Below, piece by piece: positions 61,371 through 64,000 of a DNA stretch of 64,000 bases; position 1 is the stretch's first letter; every line of letters begins with the position of its first letter. The notes under the pieces were generated by a model. It was not told the origin of the DNA and searched no databases. It worked only from the letters and a program-made list of their open reading frames with translations. The DNA is from Thermoanaerobaculia bacterium (lineage in GTDB: Bacteria > Acidobacteriota > Thermoanaerobaculia > UBA5066). The stretch spans positions 256,001 to 320,000 of the forward strand of contig CAVRAY010000002.1 in the NCBI GenBank assembly GCA_963719225.1, in the 5' to 3' direction. Both the position numbers and the translations under genes were made by a program.

Positions 61371-62020
61371 TGGATCCGCCTTGGGCCGTCGGACTGCGGG
61401 TTCCTCAGGGACGCCACGCCCCGCGCCGTCAGCGGATGCTCGAAGAGCCGGTCCAATACGGGGAACGGGAGGGTCGCGACATCCGCTCCCAGCGCCGCCG
61501 CGTCGAGGACGTGGATCGGGTTCTGGATGCCCTGCACGCAGATCTGCGTCTCGAGGCCGTAGTTGTCGAAGACGCGAACGATGGACTCGACGACGTCCAT
61601 GCCGATCTGCCCCGCGTCGTCGAGCTCGCCGACGGAAGGGCTGACGTACGCGCTGCCGGCCCGCGCGGCGAGGAGGGCCTGCGTCGCCGTGAAGACGAGC
61701 CCCACGTCCGTGGCGATCTGCTCGTCGCCGAGGAGCCGCACGACCCGGAGCCCTTCGCGCGTCATCGGCACCCTGAGGACGACATTTTTCCCGTGCTTGT
61801 GGAGCTCGCGGGCCTCCTTGTACATCGCCTTCGGGTCGCCCGCGGCGAGGGTCGCGATCACCGGCCCGTCCCCGACCTGCGCGAGATCGGTCAGGACCCG
61901 CCGCGCATCGCGTCCGCTCATCTCGGCGGACTCGGGCCGGAGGAGGATCCCGTCCAGAAAGCCCCAGTCGCGCACGCGACGGGCCTCTTCGGGATCGGCC
62001 GTGTCGAGAAAGAAGCGCAT
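61367..62020 (-). CDS. Transaldolase/FSA-family protein, apparently catalytically degenerate
   Basis: FFLDTAD, QALLAARAG..YVSP, HPLT; Schiff-base Lys position reads Arg. Confidence 0.85.
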   Translation of the reverse strand: MRFFLDTADPEEARRVRDWGFLDGILLRPESAEMSGRDARRVLTDLAQVGDGPVIATLAAGDPKAMYKEARELHKHGKNVVLRVPMTREGLRVVRLLGDEQIATDVGLVFTATQALLAARAGSAYVSPSVGELDDAGQIGMDVVESIVRVFDNYGLETQICVQGIQNPIHVLDAAALGADVATLPFPVLDRLFEHPLTARGVASLRNPQSDGPRRIH

Positions 62021-62058
62021 GGAACCGCGGAGTGTACTCGTCTCCCGTCGGTGGTTCG

Positions 62059-64000
62059 TCAGGCGGCGGGAACGGGCGTCGTCGGGCCGGCGGAGCCGTT
62101 CTCGGACTCCTCGTCGCGCTCGGCCAGCTTCGCCACGGCGACGACCCGGTCGCCTTCGGCGAGGTCGATGAGCTTGACGCCCATCGCCGCGCGCCCCGTT
62201 TCCCTCACGTCCGCGACCGCGAGGCGGATGAGGATGCCCTGCTCGGTGATGACGAGCAGGTGGTCCCCCTCCGTCACGGACAGGATTCCCACGACCGGGC
62301 CGTTCTTCTCCGTGACCCTCACGTTGATGACGCCGGAGCCGCCGCGCGCCTGGTGCCGGTACTCGGCGACGTCGGTCCTCTTGCCGAAGCCCTTCTCGGT
62401 CACCGCGAGGAGCGTGCCTGTCTCCTCGACGAGGTCCATCTCGACGACGACGTCGTCTCCCCGCAGCTCGATTCCCTTGACCCCCGTCGTGTCGCGTCCC
62501 ATGGGCCGCGCGTCCGTCTCGGAGAACTTGATCCCCATTCCGAGACGCGTGCCGAGGAAGACCTGCCGCTTTCCGTCCGTGATCTGCGCCGAGAGCAGCT
62601 CGTCGTCCTCGTCCAGCTTGATCGCGATGATGCCCTTCTCGCGCGGATTTCCGTAAGCCGAGAGCACGGTCTTCTTGACGAGTCCCCGCTTCGTCGCGAA
62701 GAGGAGATACAGGTCGTCGGGGAACGTGCGCGTCGTCGCCATCGCCGCGACGCGCTCCCCCTCCTCGAGCGCGAGGAGGTTCACGAGCGCTTTGCCGCGC
62801 GTCGCGGGCCCGCCGGAGGGCACGTCGTAGAGCTTCACCCAGTGGACCCGTCCCTTGTTCGTGAACGCGAGGAGATAGTCGTGCGTGGAGCCGACGAACA
62901 GGTGTTCGACGACGTCCTCTTCCTTCGTCTGCGCCCCCATCCGGCCCTTGCCGCCGCGCTTCTGCGCCCGGTAGATCGAGAGCGGAGTCCTCTTCGCGTA
63001 GCCGCCGCGGCTGATCGTGAGGACGACCTCCTCTTCGGCGATGAGATCCTCGGCGGCGAGATCGCCCGCCTCGGCCACGATCTCGGTCCTCCGCGGGCGG
63101 CCGAACGTCTGTTTGATCTCCGAAAGCTCGGCACGGATGATCGCCGAGACGCGCTCGCTCTTCGCGAGGATGTCCTTCAGGTCGGCGATGGCCGCGAGGA
63201 CCTCGCGGAACTCGGCCACGATCTTCTCGCGCTCGAGACCGGTCAGGCGCTGGAGGCGCATGTCGAGAATCGCCTGCGCCTGCGTCGCGTCGAGACGGAG
63301 CAACCCGTCGCCGCTCTTTGCGGAGGCGGAGGCATCGAGGCTCAGGGCTCCGAGGAACTCCTCGAGAGTCGCCTTCCGGATCGAGATCTCCTGCGTGAGC
63401 CGGCTCCTGGCCTCTTCGGGGTCCTTGCTCTTCCGGATGATGGCGATGACCAGGTCGAGATTCGCGAGCGCGATCGCGAGGCCGAGAAGGAGATGCGCGC
63501 GCTCCTCGGCTTTCTTGAGGTCGTGGAGGGTACGGCGCACGACGACCTGGCGGCGGTGGTCGAGGAAGTGCCGGAAGAGGTCCCGAAGCGGCAGCACCCG
63601 CGGCTGTCCGTCCACGATCGCGAGCGCGTTGATTCCGAACGAGGACTGGAGCGGGGTCATCGCGAGGAGCTGGTTCAGGACGACCTGCGCGATGGCGTCC
63701 CTCTTCACGTCCACGACCATCCGCATGCCGTGCCGATCGGACTCGTCGCGGATCGCCGAGATGCCCTCGATCCTCTTGTCGTTGACGAGGCCCGCGATCT
63801 GCTCGATGAGGCGCGCCTTGTTGACCTGGAACGGGAGCTCCGTGACGACGATGGACTCGCGGTCGCCTTTCTTCGTCTTCTCGATCTCCGCGCGCCCGCG
63901 CACCTGCAGGATGCCGCGGCCTGTCTTGTAGGCGTCCACGATGCCCTGCCGGCCCAGGATGATGCCGCCGGTCGGAAAGTCGGGGCCGGGCAAGACCTCC
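62059..64000 (-). CDS. gyrA: DNA gyrase subunit A (5' part outside the window)
   Basis: PGPDFPTGG, RDESDR, QAQAILDMRL, GyrA-box QKRGGKG, pinwheel repeats. Confidence 0.97.
   Translation of the reverse strand, partial: EVLPGPDFPTGGIILGRQGIVDAYKTGRGILQVRGRAEIEKTKKGDRESIVVTELPFQVNKARLIEQIAGLVNDKRIEGISAIRDESDRHGMRMVVDVKRDAIAQVVLNQLLAMTPLQSSFGINALAIVDGQPRVLPLRDLFRHFLDHRRQVVVRRTLHDLKKAEERAHLLLGLAIALANLDLVIAIIRKSKDPEEARSRLTQEISIRKATLEEFLGALSLDASASAKSGDGLLRLDATQAQAILDMRLQRLTGLEREKIVAEFREVLAAIADLKDILAKSERVSAIIRAELSEIKQTFGRPRRTEIVAEAGDLAAEDLIAEEEVVLTISRGGYAKRTPLSIYRAQKRGGKGRMGAQTKEEDVVEHLFVGSTHDYLLAFTNKGRVHWVKLYDVPSGGPATRGKALVNLLALEEGERVAAMATTRTFPDDLYLLFATKRGLVKKTVLSAYGNPREKGIIAIKLDEDDELLSAQITDGKRQVFLGTRLGMGIKFSETDARPMGRDTTGVKGIELRGDDVVVEMDLVEETGTLLAVTEKGFGKRTDVAEYRHQARGGSGVINVRVTEKNGPVVGILSVTEGDHLLVITEQGILIRLAVADVRETGRAAMGVKLIDLAEGDRVVAVAKLAERDEESENGSAGPTTPVPAA

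Overview
High-GC (roughly 70%) bacterial chromosomal window. Gene content suggests Acidobacteriota, probably Thermoanaerobaculia (inference). About 60 CDS are supported. I saw no rRNA, tRNA, CRISPR array or transposase. Housekeeping genes: rpsU, fur, nrdJ with tandem NrdR boxes, iscA/sufT-type genes, dapF, hslUV, xerC, trmFO, topA, dprA, pdxST with a MocR regulator, and a partial gyrA. The standout is a minus-strand locus at about 11.1-20.0 kb. Its order is heme-c sensor histidine kinase, archaemetzincin protease, sigma54 activator, a full sigma54 promoter (UAS pair, IHF-like site, -24/-12), a Cys-rich mini-protein, a 28-aa membrane peptide, a HybA-like Fe-S protein, a HybB/NrfD membrane subunit, a GcvH-like protein, a triheme cytochrome c7 and a second GcvH-like protein. 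It has no catalytic subunit, and both GcvH-like proteins are membrane-anchored and lack the lipoyl lysine. Other oddities: a PDT-DAHP synthase-chorismate mutase triple fusion, an in-frame TrmFO-cytochrome c read-through, apparent pseudoenzymes (transaldolase, arylamine N-acetyltransferase), an internally deleted methyltransferase paralog, a covarying REP-like palindrome family, widespread leaderless-type -10 boxes, and three genes apparently lacking canonical start codons. All family calls come from motif recognition by eye, not from database searches.
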